Shown here piece by piece: positions 37,152 through 46,353 of a stretch of 64,000 nt of DNA. The notes beneath the pieces were generated by a model. It made no database searches and had not been told where the DNA came from. It worked only from the letters and a program-made list of their open reading frames with translations. This stretch comes from an uncultured Candidatus Saccharibacteria bacterium. Its GTDB lineage: Bacteria > Patescibacteriota > Minisyncoccia > Phycocordibacterales > UBA9973. Position numbers and translations under genes: made by a program. Numbering within the stretch: the stretch's first letter is position 1; every line of letters begins with the position of its first letter. Location: assembly GCA_964404925.1 (NCBI GenBank), contig CAYOLW010000005.1:5458-69457 (forward strand), written 5' to 3'.

Positions 37152-39528
37152 TTCCTAGTATCTGGCGCAGGATTTCTTCTGGGACTTCCTTTACTTTTTG
37201 ATTATTTTGAGGCTGTGCTGGTATTTCTTGTGATGCTTTTTCTTCGGGTTGTGGTTCTTCTTTTATTCCTGGTTTAGGTTCTTCCGTTACTGGCTCTTCG
37301 TATTTAACTGGTTCTGGTTCAATATCTGGAACACTAACTGGCTCAGGAACAAAAATATTTTCAGGTTCTTTTATAGGCTCTGGGGTGTAAATTGGCTCTG
37401 GCTCTTTTACCGGTTCTTCTAATTTTATTGGTTCTGCGATATAGGACACCTCTTCGACAATTTCAGGTTTTGATTCCTCAATATTTTTTTCTGGGATGAC
37501 TTCTTCTATTTCTTTCGCTACTTGGGAAGCTGCGATGAGATTCTTTAGTGCATCCATGCGGTCACCGCTTGCACTGCGGTCTGCTGGATTATTCTGCTTT
37601 ATTTCTTTTTCAATTGGTTTGAGCGCTGATAATGATATTGGGGCTGGTATCTCAACTTTTTCTTTTGGTGTTTCTTCTTTTATGTCACCTTTCTTTAAGG
37701 CCTGATCTAATGCGGATTTCAGAGAACTATTCTGTCCGGCTTCATACTGAGGCTTCTTGACCTTGGGGTCGCGGGGGGCAAAAGTTTTCTTGATGCCGGC
37801 GATAAATCCTGATTTAGGCGCATTGTTTTGATTTCTATCTTTCCAATTATTGTCTCTGTTTTGGTTAGGCGCGCCGGCTGGTTTATTGTCTTTAAAGGTC
37901 ATATCCCTCTTCTGCATATCACCAGTTTTAGGTTTATCATCAACTGCGCCGTCACTGGCAAATTCAATACCGAGGTCAGACAAGGGCTTGTAATACACTG
38001 CTTTGTTTTTAGCGGTATCGGACTCATTCTTGAGAGGTTTCAATTCTCCGGCTTTTATCTTGGTTATACAATCCTTACAATACACCGGTCGGCCAGGCTG
38101 CGGCTCGAAAGGCACAAAGGTGTCATTGCCGCAGACAGAACATTTTGCTTTAAATTTATCCCCTCCGGAACCAGGTCCACCGGATTTGCTCGTACCCGTA
38201 CCGCCTTCACTGGAAGCCACAGTGTTACTCCACTCGATTATTTCTACTTCGACTTCTTCACGGTTGCGGCAATACAAGGCGCGTGAACTTTCGATAACGG
38301 CCTTTTCTATTTCTTTGTTTACACTTTTAATAAGCGGGGGGATGGTCTTGGCAGAAAACGGGCGCGAGGTGATACCATCAATCATGAGTTTCAAATATAC
38401 CTTGTAGTTCGGCAAGTTCACAATATCCGATGGAGTGAACTCTGGATCAAATTCTTTTTCTAAATATTTAGTATCTTCGGCACCGGTACGGAAAATAATC
38501 ATCGTTCCTACGTTACCGAAAATAGAGTCACGCATGGATGAGCTTTCTTTGGTCACAAGCTGGGCTGTATACTGGTGCGCCACAGTGAGCGAGAGTCGAT
38601 ACTTACGAGCTTCAGAAAGAATGTTCGCAAAAGAATCTGTAACGAAGTTCTGGAACTCGTCGACATACAGATAAAAGTCTTTACGCAGGTCCTCGGGTAT
38701 ACGCACGCGCTCCATGGCAGCAAGCTGGATTTTCGTAATTAACATTCCACCAATCAATCGAGAGTTGTCCTCACCGATGCGACCCTTGGATACGTTCACG
38801 AGCAGAATCTTGCCTTGGTTCATGAGGTCGAAAATGTTGATGGTGCTTTTCTGCTGACCGACGATGTTACGGATAACGAAAGTAGAAAGGAATTGACCCA
38901 CCTTGTTCTGAATCGGTGCGATAGCTTCGTTACGAAATTTGTCCTGCCAGGCTTCATATTCATGCACCCAGAATGCCTTAATAACCGGGTCCTTCAAATT
39001 ACCAATAATCATCTGACGATAATCCTTGTCCACGAGCATACGGGTCACACCGAGGAGTGTTGTACCCGGAGTGTCGAGCAGCGCCAAGATGGTGTTGTTC
39101 AAAATATACTCCATACGAGCAGACCAAGCATTGGCCCAAATCTTGGTAAAAATACCCATGAGTCCGGATGCCACCAGGTGCTTGTGCTCAGGGTTTTCTA
39201 TTTCGAGCACGTTGAATCCGATATGGAAGTCTGTATCTGCTGGGTTGAAATACACCACGTCTTTGATACGCTCTGGAGGAATAGAAGAAAGAATTGTCTC
39301 CACGAGCTCACCGTGCGGGTCCACCACGCAGACACCTTCACCGTTGACGATATTCTGATAGACCATGTTGGTCATGAGCCCTGATTTACCAGTACCGGAT
39401 TTACCCAGGATGTACATGTGCTGACGGCGGTCCTTCCTCTTGATACCAAAGAGTTGGAATTGGTCACGATAGGTCGTGTATCCGATATATGTTATGTCCC
39501 GATTCTCCGGGAGACCTGGAATTGCCAT
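37144..39528 (-). CDS. HerA/FtsK/TraD-superfamily P-loop ATPase with C-terminal C4 zinc ribbon and long Pro/Glu-rich low-complexity tail
   Basis: Walker A ILGKSGTGKSGL; VVDPHGEL; Walker B YLYVDEFQNF; zinc ribbon CSVCGND...CKDC; tail repeats EPVKEPEPIYTPEPIKEPENIFVPEP... Confidence 0.55.
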   Translation of the reverse strand: MAIPGLPENRDITYIGYTTYRDQFQLFGIKRKDRRQHMYILGKSGTGKSGLMTNMVYQNIVNGEGVCVVDPHGELVETILSSIPPERIKDVVYFNPADTDFHIGFNVLEIENPEHKHLVASGLMGIFTKIWANAWSARMEYILNNTILALLDTPGTTLLGVTRMLVDKDYRQMIIGNLKDPVIKAFWVHEYEAWQDKFRNEAIAPIQNKVGQFLSTFVIRNIVGQQKSTINIFDLMNQGKILLVNVSKGRIGEDNSRLIGGMLITKIQLAAMERVRIPEDLRKDFYLYVDEFQNFVTDSFANILSEARKYRLSLTVAHQYTAQLVTKESSSMRDSIFGNVGTMIIFRTGAEDTKYLEKEFDPEFTPSDIVNLPNYKVYLKLMIDGITSRPFSAKTIPPLIKSVNKEIEKAVIESSRALYCRNREEVEVEIIEWSNTVASSEGGTGTSKSGGPGSGGDKFKAKCSVCGNDTFVPFEPQPGRPVYCKDCITKIKAGELKPLKNESDTAKNKAVYYKPLSDLGIEFASDGAVDDKPKTGDMQKRDMTFKDNKPAGAPNQNRDNNWKDRNQNNAPKSGFIAGIKKTFAPRDPKVKKPQYEAGQNSSLKSALDQALKKGDIKEETPKEKVEIPAPISLSALKPIEKEIKQNNPADRSASGDRMDALKNLIAASQVAKEIEEVIPEKNIEESKPEIVEEVSYIAEPIKLEEPVKEPEPIYTPEPIKEPENIFVPEPVSVPDIEPEPVKYEEPVTEEPKPGIKEEPQPEEKASQEIPAQPQNNQKVKEVPEEILRQILGNE

Positions 39529-39580
39529 AGGGAAATTATACCCTGTAGTAGATTTTAGCGAAAGGCCTTTATTAGGTATT

Positions 39581-40012
39581 CTATTTGTGATTAATAGACT
39601 CTACCGCTGACTCTACTATTTTGCCTTTTTTAACTTTCAAAAACTCATTAACCACTGAAGGTTCTTTCCCATCTGCGGTTCTTTTATATTGCATATTAAT
39701 TTTATCTCCTACCACATCTAGACTGATAATTTCATAATACAGACCTGGAATATTATCAAAAGCACCCTGCCACCAGTCTCGCAAATCATTCTTTCCTTTA
39801 ATTATGCCTTTAGTTTCAGGAAACTTTTCTTTGAAACTAGGACTAAAATGTACAGCATCATCATGATATAAATCTAGAAGTTTATTTATATCTTTTGCAT
39901 TAAAAGCAACGAACCACTCTTGAGCGATAATTTTCAACTGCTCAACCCTCTTCTTTTCCTTTGCCTGATCTGCCCATTCTTTGGTTATTTGATCTAATCT
40001 TGTTTCTTTCAT
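39581..40012 (-). CDS. NTF2-like / SnoaL-like (ketosteroid isomerase fold) protein
   Basis: WFVAFNAKDINKLLDLYHDDAVHFSP pattern typical of SnoaL_2/DUF4440. Confidence 0.5.
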   Translation of the reverse strand: MKETRLDQITKEWADQAKEKKRVEQLKIIAQEWFVAFNAKDINKLLDLYHDDAVHFSPSFKEKFPETKGIIKGKNDLRDWWQGAFDNIPGLYYEIISLDVVGDKINMQYKRTADGKEPSVVNEFLKVKKGKIVESAVESINHK

Positions 40013-40021
40013 AGTAGTTAA

Positions 40022-40291
40022 TTATAACATTTTGCAAAATGACAAAACGTTCTTGCCTTGCTTAGTTAAATAATGTAATACATAGCGACCTTTGTATTGC
40101 TTTTGAATTAGCCCAGCATCTGCAAGCTTCCTCGCATGATCAGAAATAGTCATAAAATTAATATTTAAATATTCAGCAATTTTATCTACTGGTAAACCTG
40201 GTTTACTATTTACAAGTTCCAATATTTGAATCCGGCGATGATTGGCAAAACTTTTTACAACTTTCTCAATCTTTTTATATTGCATACTCAT
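40022..40291 (-). CDS. ArsR-family winged-helix transcriptional regulator
   Basis: FANHRRIQILELV...DKIAEYLNINFMTISDHARKLADAGLI. Confidence 0.65.
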   Translation of the reverse strand: MSMQYKKIEKVVKSFANHRRIQILELVNSKPGLPVDKIAEYLNINFMTISDHARKLADAGLIQKQYKGRYVLHYLTKQGKNVLSFCKML

Positions 40292-40338
40292 ATATAAATC
40301 ATACTTAATATTTTGTAATTTTGCAAAATATCTTAATA

Positions 40339-40686
40339 TTATTTTGTTAGTTTTTTATTAGACTTAGATTTTTTAGGTTTTGGTGGAGGCAGAGAGTCGG
40401 CGATGTTGCAGAGTATTTCTGCTAAGTTTTTAATGTGCGAAAGCTGGGATTCTTCTACCAGGTAATACGGCTTGGATCCGGGATAGGCTTCATCCTTCTC
40501 GCAAATCCCCTCCAACTCTGCGGATGCGGGGACAATCTTCACATACAATTGGTCGTCACAAATAAGGGCAACTACTTTGCCACTCGCATACAAAGCATAT
40601 TCACCAAACATTTTCCGCACCGAAAAAACCTCGGGTTGTCCTAGTTTTTCTAAAATGAATTCTACGGTTCCTTTCTGGGTGGACAT
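40339..40686 (-). CDS. TfoX/Sxy N-terminal-domain protein
   Basis: RKMFGEYALYASGKVVALICDDQLYVK matches the TfoX_N signature. Confidence 0.6.
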   Translation of the reverse strand: MSTQKGTVEFILEKLGQPEVFSVRKMFGEYALYASGKVVALICDDQLYVKIVPASAELEGICEKDEAYPGSKPYYLVEESQLSHIKNLAEILCNIADSLPPPKPKKSKSNKKLTK

Positions 40687-40688
40687 TG

Positions 40689-41645
40689 TTAATTTTCTTT
40701 TAATTGACTAATAACGTAGTCAATCCAACTCTGATACCAGTACCACGTTTTTACAACCATAACACCAAAACCCTTGGCGGAATTTTTACCATCATTATTT
40801 TTCCAAAAAAGTGTGTGTTGGTGCATTCCAAAATTTTTAAAACCGGCTTCGTTTACAAATTTAATAACTTGAGTTGCAGAGAATTTCTTTTTTTCAGTTT
40901 CTTCCTTAACCCAATATTGTCTTGAAATATTTTTTGCTAAATCTGATTTAGGGTCAATAAATTCTATAACTCTGTCTGCCTGCCCTTTTCTTTTTGCTTC
41001 AACTTTTGTAAACAACAACCTATATGCGAATCTTTCGCTTCCAACCTCTCTTTCAGACAATTCATTATCAAACTTTGCAATATAAGATATTACGTTTTGA
41101 GGTATATAGTTCTCTTTGTCTTTTATAACCTTAGACTGTGAATAATCTAACTCTGAAAATTGGAGACTTAGTGCAAGATTGTTGTCCAAACCATACTTCT
41201 CGCCATGTAATTTTTTAAGATAAAAATTAAAATTTAAAGCACAAGCTTGATATCGCGCTGATAAGTATGAGTCTAGCGAACTAGCTTTTCTGTGTTCAAT
41301 TTGATTCCTTAATCCAATTAAAAATTTTAAATTATTTATAGTATCTTTATCAATAGGGCAACTAGGTTCTGATATACATTTACTTAAATCCCAATACCTG
41401 ACACTTCCGTCTGTATTAATTTTATATTTCTTTAACCTACCAATTCTTTCAAAATGCTTATAATCTATACCATTTGCCCTATAGTAGGCATGTAAAAGAT
41501 AAGTCCATGAGATTATAGAAAGAACAATAAAAGACTCAGTTTTGAAAGTAATTAACGGATTATTATAAATTTGAACAGCTGAAAGCATAGCTTCTCTAGC
41601 CTTTTTAATTAAATCTACTTTTTCCGAAAAAATCTTTCTTACCAT
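40689..41645 (-). CDS. HEPN-domain (Rx4-6H) abortive-infection-like protein (DUF3644-like)
   Basis: N-terminal LSAVQIYNNP; putative HEPN catalytic motif LIGLRNQIEHRKAS. Confidence 0.5.
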   Translation of the reverse strand: MVRKIFSEKVDLIKKAREAMLSAVQIYNNPLITFKTESFIVLSIISWTYLLHAYYRANGIDYKHFERIGRLKKYKINTDGSVRYWDLSKCISEPSCPIDKDTINNLKFLIGLRNQIEHRKASSLDSYLSARYQACALNFNFYLKKLHGEKYGLDNNLALSLQFSELDYSQSKVIKDKENYIPQNVISYIAKFDNELSEREVGSERFAYRLLFTKVEAKRKGQADRVIEFIDPKSDLAKNISRQYWVKEETEKKKFSATQVIKFVNEAGFKNFGMHQHTLFWKNNDGKNSAKGFGVMVVKTWYWYQSWIDYVISQLKEN

Positions 41646-41663
41646 ATATTTATATATTATTTC

Positions 41664-41685
41664 AAAACCCCCTTGCGGGGGTTTT
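41664..41685. terminator. bidirectional rho-independent terminator AAAACCCCC-TTGC-GGGGGTTTT downstream of dnaK
   Basis: Perfect 6-bp G/C stem flanked by A- and T-tracts. Confidence 0.7.
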
Positions 41686-41689
41686 GTTA

Positions 41690-43588
41690 TTACGCTTTAT
41701 TTTCGTCGTTTACGTCTGTTGCTTCTGCATCGCGGACTTCGGCTGGTTGTTCCTCGGCTGCGGTGCCTGGGTTTGGTTGTTCCCCTCCGGCCTTGGCCAT
41801 TACTTCACCAATCTTTTGCATTTCATTGGATAGTTCTTCTGTGGCCTTCTTGATAGCTTCCATATCGCCTCCGTCTTTGACAGACTTCAATGCATCGATT
41901 TTGCCTTGAACTCCACTTTTCACATCTTCAGGCAATTTAGCTTCATTGTCTTTCAAAGCTTTTTCCGCAGTATACATAATCATCTCTGCAGTATTCTTCA
42001 CATCTACCAATTCTTTCTTCTTCTTGTCTTCTTCGGCATGCAGCTCGGCGTCGGCCTGCATTTTCTTGATATCTTCTTCTTTCAATCCTGATGAAGCTTC
42101 GATTTTGATTGATTGAGATTTGCCAGAAGCCTTGTCTTTCGCAGTTACATTCAATATTCCGTTCACGTCTACATCAAATGAAACTTCCACTTGCGGGATG
42201 CCGCGTGGGGCCGGTGGAATACCGTCAAGGATGAATCGGCCGAGGGGTTTGTTGTCACTCGCCATTGGGCGCTCACCCTGCACGATGTGGATTTCTACGC
42301 TGGTCTGGTTGTCGGCTGCTGTAGAGAATACTTGGGATTTGTTGGCTGGGATGGTGGTGTTCCTTTCGATCAATTTTGTCGCCACGCCGCCTAAGGTCTC
42401 GATACCGAGTGACAGCGGAATAACATCAAGCAGCAGCACATCGCGCACATCACCTTGTAATACTCCTGCCTGCACCGCAGCACCGAGGGCCACAACTTCG
42501 TCTGGATTGATAGACAGGTTCGGACTCTTGCCGAAAACTTTCTTCACCTCTTCGACGATTTTCGGCATACGGGTCTGGCCTCCCACCATGATGATTTCGT
42601 TGATATCGTTCATGGTGAATCCTGAAGCCTGCATTGCACGCTTGGTTATTTCGATAGCTCGGGTTACGTATTCATCAGCAATAGATTCGAGTTGGGCTCG
42701 GGTCATTTTGAGCAGCAAGTGCTGTGGACCTTCGGCAGTAGAGGTGATGAACGGGATGTTGATTTCTGTCTCAATAGCTGTTGAAAGCTCAATCTTGGCC
42801 TTCTCGGCAGCTTCATCAAGTCTCTGCAGTGCAAGCTTGTCATTGCGGACATCTACTCCAGAAGTCTTCTTGAACTCTTCGGCAATCCATCCGATTATCT
42901 TGTGATCAATGTCACGTCCTCCCAGATGACTGTCTCCGTCGGTAGACTTAACTTCGATAACGTCATCGCCGATTTCAAGTACTGACACATCGAATGTTCC
43001 ACCACCAAAGTCGAACACCACAACTTTCTCATTCTTCTTTTTGTTGAAACCATAGGCCAAAGCTGCAGCTGTCGGCTCGTTGATGATACGCTTCACATCA
43101 AGTCCTGCGATAGCACCGGCGTCCTTGGTGGCCTTGCGTTGTGCATCGTTGAAATATGCCGGCACAGTGATGACAGCTTCGGTTATCTTTTCGCCAAGCT
43201 TGGCTTCTACGTCGGCCTTGATCTTGGACAATATCATTGCAGAGATTTCTTCTGGTCGCATCCATTTGTCTCCAATTTTTACTTCGGCACCACCGGTTGA
43301 ACCTTTTTGAATTTTGAAAGAAACATTTTGCAAATCCTTCTGCACTTCTGGATCTTCGAAATTGTGACCCATGAATCGTTTAATACCATAGACAGTATTT
43401 TCTGGATTAGTCACAGCCTGACGCTTGGCCAAAAGCCCCACTAATCGGTCGCCGTTTTTAGCAATCGACACGATGGACGGAGTGGTACGAGCACCCTCGA
43501 TGTTTTCAATAATTACCGGTGCACCACCCTGAATTACGGACACCGCTGAATTGGTTGTACCCAAATCGATACCTATTATTTTACTCAT
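41690..43588 (-). CDS. dnaK: molecular chaperone DnaK (Hsp70)
   Basis: [15 protein letters not shown]; full-length Hsp70 signatures. Confidence 0.95.
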   Translation of the reverse strand: MSKIIGIDLGTTNSAVSVIQGGAPVIIENIEGARTTPSIVSIAKNGDRLVGLLAKRQAVTNPENTVYGIKRFMGHNFEDPEVQKDLQNVSFKIQKGSTGGAEVKIGDKWMRPEEISAMILSKIKADVEAKLGEKITEAVITVPAYFNDAQRKATKDAGAIAGLDVKRIINEPTAAALAYGFNKKKNEKVVVFDFGGGTFDVSVLEIGDDVIEVKSTDGDSHLGGRDIDHKIIGWIAEEFKKTSGVDVRNDKLALQRLDEAAEKAKIELSTAIETEINIPFITSTAEGPQHLLLKMTRAQLESIADEYVTRAIEITKRAMQASGFTMNDINEIIMVGGQTRMPKIVEEVKKVFGKSPNLSINPDEVVALGAAVQAGVLQGDVRDVLLLDVIPLSLGIETLGGVATKLIERNTTIPANKSQVFSTAADNQTSVEIHIVQGERPMASDNKPLGRFILDGIPPAPRGIPQVEVSFDVDVNGILNVTAKDKASGKSQSIKIEASSGLKEEDIKKMQADAELHAEEDKKKKELVDVKNTAEMIMYTAEKALKDNEAKLPEDVKSGVQGKIDALKSVKDGGDMEAIKKATEELSNEMQKIGEVMAKAGGEQPNPGTAAEEQPAEVRDAEATDVNDENKA

Positions 43589-43676
43589 AATTTTATATTT
43601 TAAAGCCTTTTTGGCTTATTATTAATAATTAATTTAAAATTTGACTTGTTTTTCGCGTTCGCGAATTACTTGTCAA

Positions 43677-43698
43677 ATAGAGTATATATGATAATATA
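43677..43698 (+). promoter_or_regulatory. promoter TTGTCA-16-TAATAT upstream of the PaaX-like gene, overlapping an imperfect palindrome (TTGACTTGT-N18-ACTTGTCAA, 43641-43676) that also lies upstream of dnaK
   Basis: Read directly from sequence. Confidence 0.35.
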
Positions 43699-43703
43699 GA
43701 AGC

Positions 43704-44222
43704 ATGTCAAGCAAAATTGATTATTCCAAGAAAATATTGAAGTCTTTGTCCGAAAAACCGGCAATTTCAGTAGAGACATTGAAGTCCAATCAAGACAAAA
43801 AAGCCTGCTATGCCATAGCTCGAGCGCTCAAGAACCTGGCAGAAAACGGTCTAATTGAAATTCATAAATCAGAGAATCGCGATTTCGTAAAAATCACTAA
43901 AAAAGGTAAAAGCAAATTAAACAGTATCAAACTCGAAGGTACAGATGCCCTGGTCCCAGGCGGATGGGACGGACTGTGGAGGATAATAATCCTCGACCTA
44001 GACGAGTCTCGCAAAAATGAAAGAGAAAGCCTGCGCTATCTACTGAAAAAAGCTGGCTTTGTATGTGTGAAAAATACGGTCTGGGTTTCCCCTTACCCGT
44101 ATGAAAATTTGTTTATGAATATCAAGAAAGACTTGGATCTATCTAATGAGATAATGATTATCGTCACAGATAAAATTGACCCAGAAACACAAAATATATT
44201 TTTTAGTGCGATGGTGAAATAA
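43704..44222 (+). CDS. PaaX-family-like transcriptional regulator (wHTH plus PaaX_C-like domain)
   Basis: C-terminal W.G.WRIIILDLDESRKNERESLRYLLKKAGF...NTVWVSPYP parallels the PaaX signature. Confidence 0.5.
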   Translation: MSSKIDYSKKILKSLSEKPAISVETLKSNQDKKACYAIARALKNLAENGLIEIHKSENRDFVKITKKGKSKLNSIKLEGTDALVPGGWDGLWRIIILDLDESRKNERESLRYLLKKAGFVCVKNTVWVSPYPYENLFMNIKKDLDLSNEIMIIVTDKIDPETQNIFFSAMVK

Positions 44223-44223
44223 C

Positions 44224-44529
44224 CTATTCAATCTGCTCCCCCATCCAGGCCTTGTAGGCCCGATTCATCCGGCGAATATCCACCCCTGCAATCAAAGGAA
44301 TTGCATAGCTGTGATGCTGCGAAATTAATTCATTTACATCTTCTATTTTTGACTCCAGTGTTGTAATCATAATCATAGTCTGAGAAATTTCTTTAATCTC
44401 TCCTTCCCAACGATAGATAGAATGGACTGGCCAGAAATCAACACAGGCCCCCATCTTCTGCTCGATAATGAGTTTACCCAGAAGCTCTGCTTCTTCCTTT
44501 TTTTCACATGTAGTGTAAATAAATACCAT
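44224..44529 (-). CDS. cutA: CutA1 divalent-cation tolerance protein
   Basis: VFIYTTCEKKEEAELLGKLIIEQKMGACVDFWPVHSIYRWEGEI. Confidence 0.75.
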   Translation of the reverse strand: MVFIYTTCEKKEEAELLGKLIIEQKMGACVDFWPVHSIYRWEGEIKEISQTMIMITTLESKIEDVNELISQHHSYAIPLIAGVDIRRMNRAYKAWMGEQIE

Positions 44530-44532
44530 ATA

Positions 44533-45135
44533 TTATTCTTGTACTTTATATTCAAACAAATTCACTCGAGCAGCACGGATAACGCGATCACCTAATTTAT
44601 AACCTTTTTGAATTACCGCCGATATTGTGTGGTCATTTTCTTTTTTGTCAGTGCTCACCATGTCTACCGGTTCATGCAGATTATGGTCAAAAACATCTCC
44701 CACTTCACCAAAGGATTTAACTCCGTATTCTTCAAAAACATTTTGCATTTGAGAATAAATGTATTCCACCCCCGTGCGCCAACCAGCGTCCACCTTCTCC
44801 CAGGCCTCTTTGTTGGAAAAAGCCATGTTAAAGCTATCAGAGACGGTCAGAAAGCGTGATATGATGCGTTCTCGCAAAGATTCAGACATCATGGATTTTC
44901 TGTCTTCTTCCTGCTTCTTGTAATTCATAAATTCAGCCCGTTCCTTCTGCCATCCGGTCAAGTATTCTTCTTTTTCTTTTTTCGCCTGTTTTAGGTCTCC
45001 ACGCAGCTTCTTTAAGGTTTTCTTCAAGTCTTCTTCGCCGTCTTCGTTGTACTCGAATTCAACCACCTCATCCTCTGTTTCAGGGCTTAAATCTAATATA
45101 TTTTCTTGGTCTTTGTTATCTTGTTCGTCTTGCAT
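44533..45135 (-). CDS. grpE: nucleotide exchange factor GrpE
   Basis: Coiled-coil N-terminus; C-terminal VFDHNLHEPVD... Confidence 0.8.
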   Translation of the reverse strand: MQDEQDNKDQENILDLSPETEDEVVEFEYNEDGEEDLKKTLKKLRGDLKQAKKEKEEYLTGWQKERAEFMNYKKQEEDRKSMMSESLRERIISRFLTVSDSFNMAFSNKEAWEKVDAGWRTGVEYIYSQMQNVFEEYGVKSFGEVGDVFDHNLHEPVDMVSTDKKENDHTISAVIQKGYKLGDRVIRAARVNLFEYKVQE

Positions 45136-45155
45136 GAGTGCATTCTAACAAAAAA

Positions 45156-45176
45156 TCCCTTCTTGTGGAAGGGATT
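45156..45176. terminator. rho-independent terminator ATCCCTTC-TTGTG-GAAGGGAT flanked by A/T runs, downstream of rpsI
   Basis: 8-bp perfect stem; TTTTTTGTTTTTG follows. Confidence 0.7.
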
Positions 45177-45191
45177 TTTTGTTTTTGTTTT

Positions 45192-45602
45192 TTAACGTTT
45201 TGACCACTTTGGTGCCTTTCGAGCTTTCTTGAGACCGAACTTTCTTCGTTCCTTGGCTCGTGGATCACGCTTTAGGAATCCAAGGTCTTTGAGTTCACCG
45301 CGTAGTCCAGCATTTGATAGCACTAATGCTCGGGATAGACCGTGTCTAACTGCTTCAGATTGAGAATGCATTCCACCACCCATAACATGAACTTCAACAG
45401 ACCATTTTGATGATTTATCTTCGAGTTTAGTCAAAGGATCCATCACTAATGCTCGTTCTTCTTCTGTCTGGAAATACTCCTTAGAGTCTTTATCATTTAC
45501 AGTAAAAGAGTTCTTGGAAGCAGGAGTAATTCGTACTCGTGCAGTTGATGTCTTACGGCGACCAACTCCTTCAAAATATTTTTCTTTATCGTCTTTTGCC
45601 AT
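45192..45602 (-). CDS. rpsI: 30S ribosomal protein S9
   Basis: C-terminal RRKFGLKKARKAPKWSKR. Confidence 0.9.
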   Translation of the reverse strand: MAKDDKEKYFEGVGRRKTSTARVRITPASKNSFTVNDKDSKEYFQTEEERALVMDPLTKLEDKSSKWSVEVHVMGGGMHSQSEAVRHGLSRALVLSNAGLRGELKDLGFLKRDPRAKERRKFGLKKARKAPKWSKR

Positions 45603-45607
45603 ATTTA

Positions 45608-45973
45608 TTATTCTTCAACTGTTAAATTTTTCATCATTTCTCTGCGTAATTTGTTGCCTGGTAGCATGTGGTATACAGAAAGCTTCAAAAGCTCAGGGAA
45701 ACCTTTGGTCTGTACGGTTTCTTTTGCCTTGATAACTCGCAAGCCACCTGGGTGACCAGAATAACGAGTGTGGTAAATCTGTTCTAGCTTCTTAGCGGTT
45801 ATCTTAATTTTACCAGCGTTCAAAACTTTAACTGGAAAACCAGAATATGCTTCACGCTTGTAGGCTGCACTATTTTTACCCATCAGCAATGTAGCTACTT
45901 CAGTTGCTACACGTCCTAATGTTCGTCCTTTGGCATCTACTGTTATTTCTTTTTTCATTTCGGTTTTTTTCAT
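45608..45973 (-). CDS. rplM: 50S ribosomal protein L13
   Basis: ITVDAKGRTLGRVATEVA; start taken at the internal Met to avoid overlap with rplQ. Confidence 0.85.
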   Translation of the reverse strand: MKKTEMKKEITVDAKGRTLGRVATEVATLLMGKNSAAYKREAYSGFPVKVLNAGKIKITAKKLEQIYHTRYSGHPGGLRVIKAKETVQTKGFPELLKLSVYHMLPGNKLRREMMKNLTVEE

Positions 45974-45977
45974 GGTT

Positions 45978-46331
45978 TTATACAAATTCAATTATTGCCA
46001 TAGGAGCCCCGTCCGACTTGCGTGGGTTAAGCTTTAAAACTCGTGTGTATCCGCCTTTTCGGTCAGTATAATTAACAGCGATTTTTTCAAAAAGCTTTTT
46101 AGTTTCTTTTGCTTTGTTTCCAAGTCTACTTGATATTACACGTCGATTAGCAACTGAATCAACCTTAGCACGAGTAACCATTTTTTCGATAAATGGTCGT
46201 AGCTCTTTTGCTTTAGCTAAAGTGGTTTTTATTTTACCTCGCACTATCAAATTAAGTGCCAAGGACTCCATTAGAGCTTCACGTTGATTCTTGCTTCGAC
46301 CAAATTTTCTTTTGTTGCTGTGGTGGTTCAT
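45978..46331 (-). CDS. rplQ: 50S ribosomal protein L17
   Basis: KIKTTLAKAKELRPFIEKMVTRAK. Confidence 0.9.
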   Translation of the reverse strand: MNHHSNKRKFGRSKNQREALMESLALNLIVRGKIKTTLAKAKELRPFIEKMVTRAKVDSVANRRVISSRLGNKAKETKKLFEKIAVNYTDRKGGYTRVLKLNPRKSDGAPMAIIEFV

Positions 46332-46353
46332 CCCGATATATATTTACTACTAA

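Noticed and set aside
37496-39384. + strand ORFs (up to 189 aa) opposite the 794-aa ATPase gene
   Set aside because: Antisense to a CDS with Walker A/B motifs; compositionally biased translations.
42120-43310. 261-aa + strand ORF opposite dnaK
   Set aside because: dnaK identity on the minus strand is unambiguous; the + frame is Ser/Ala-rich shadow.
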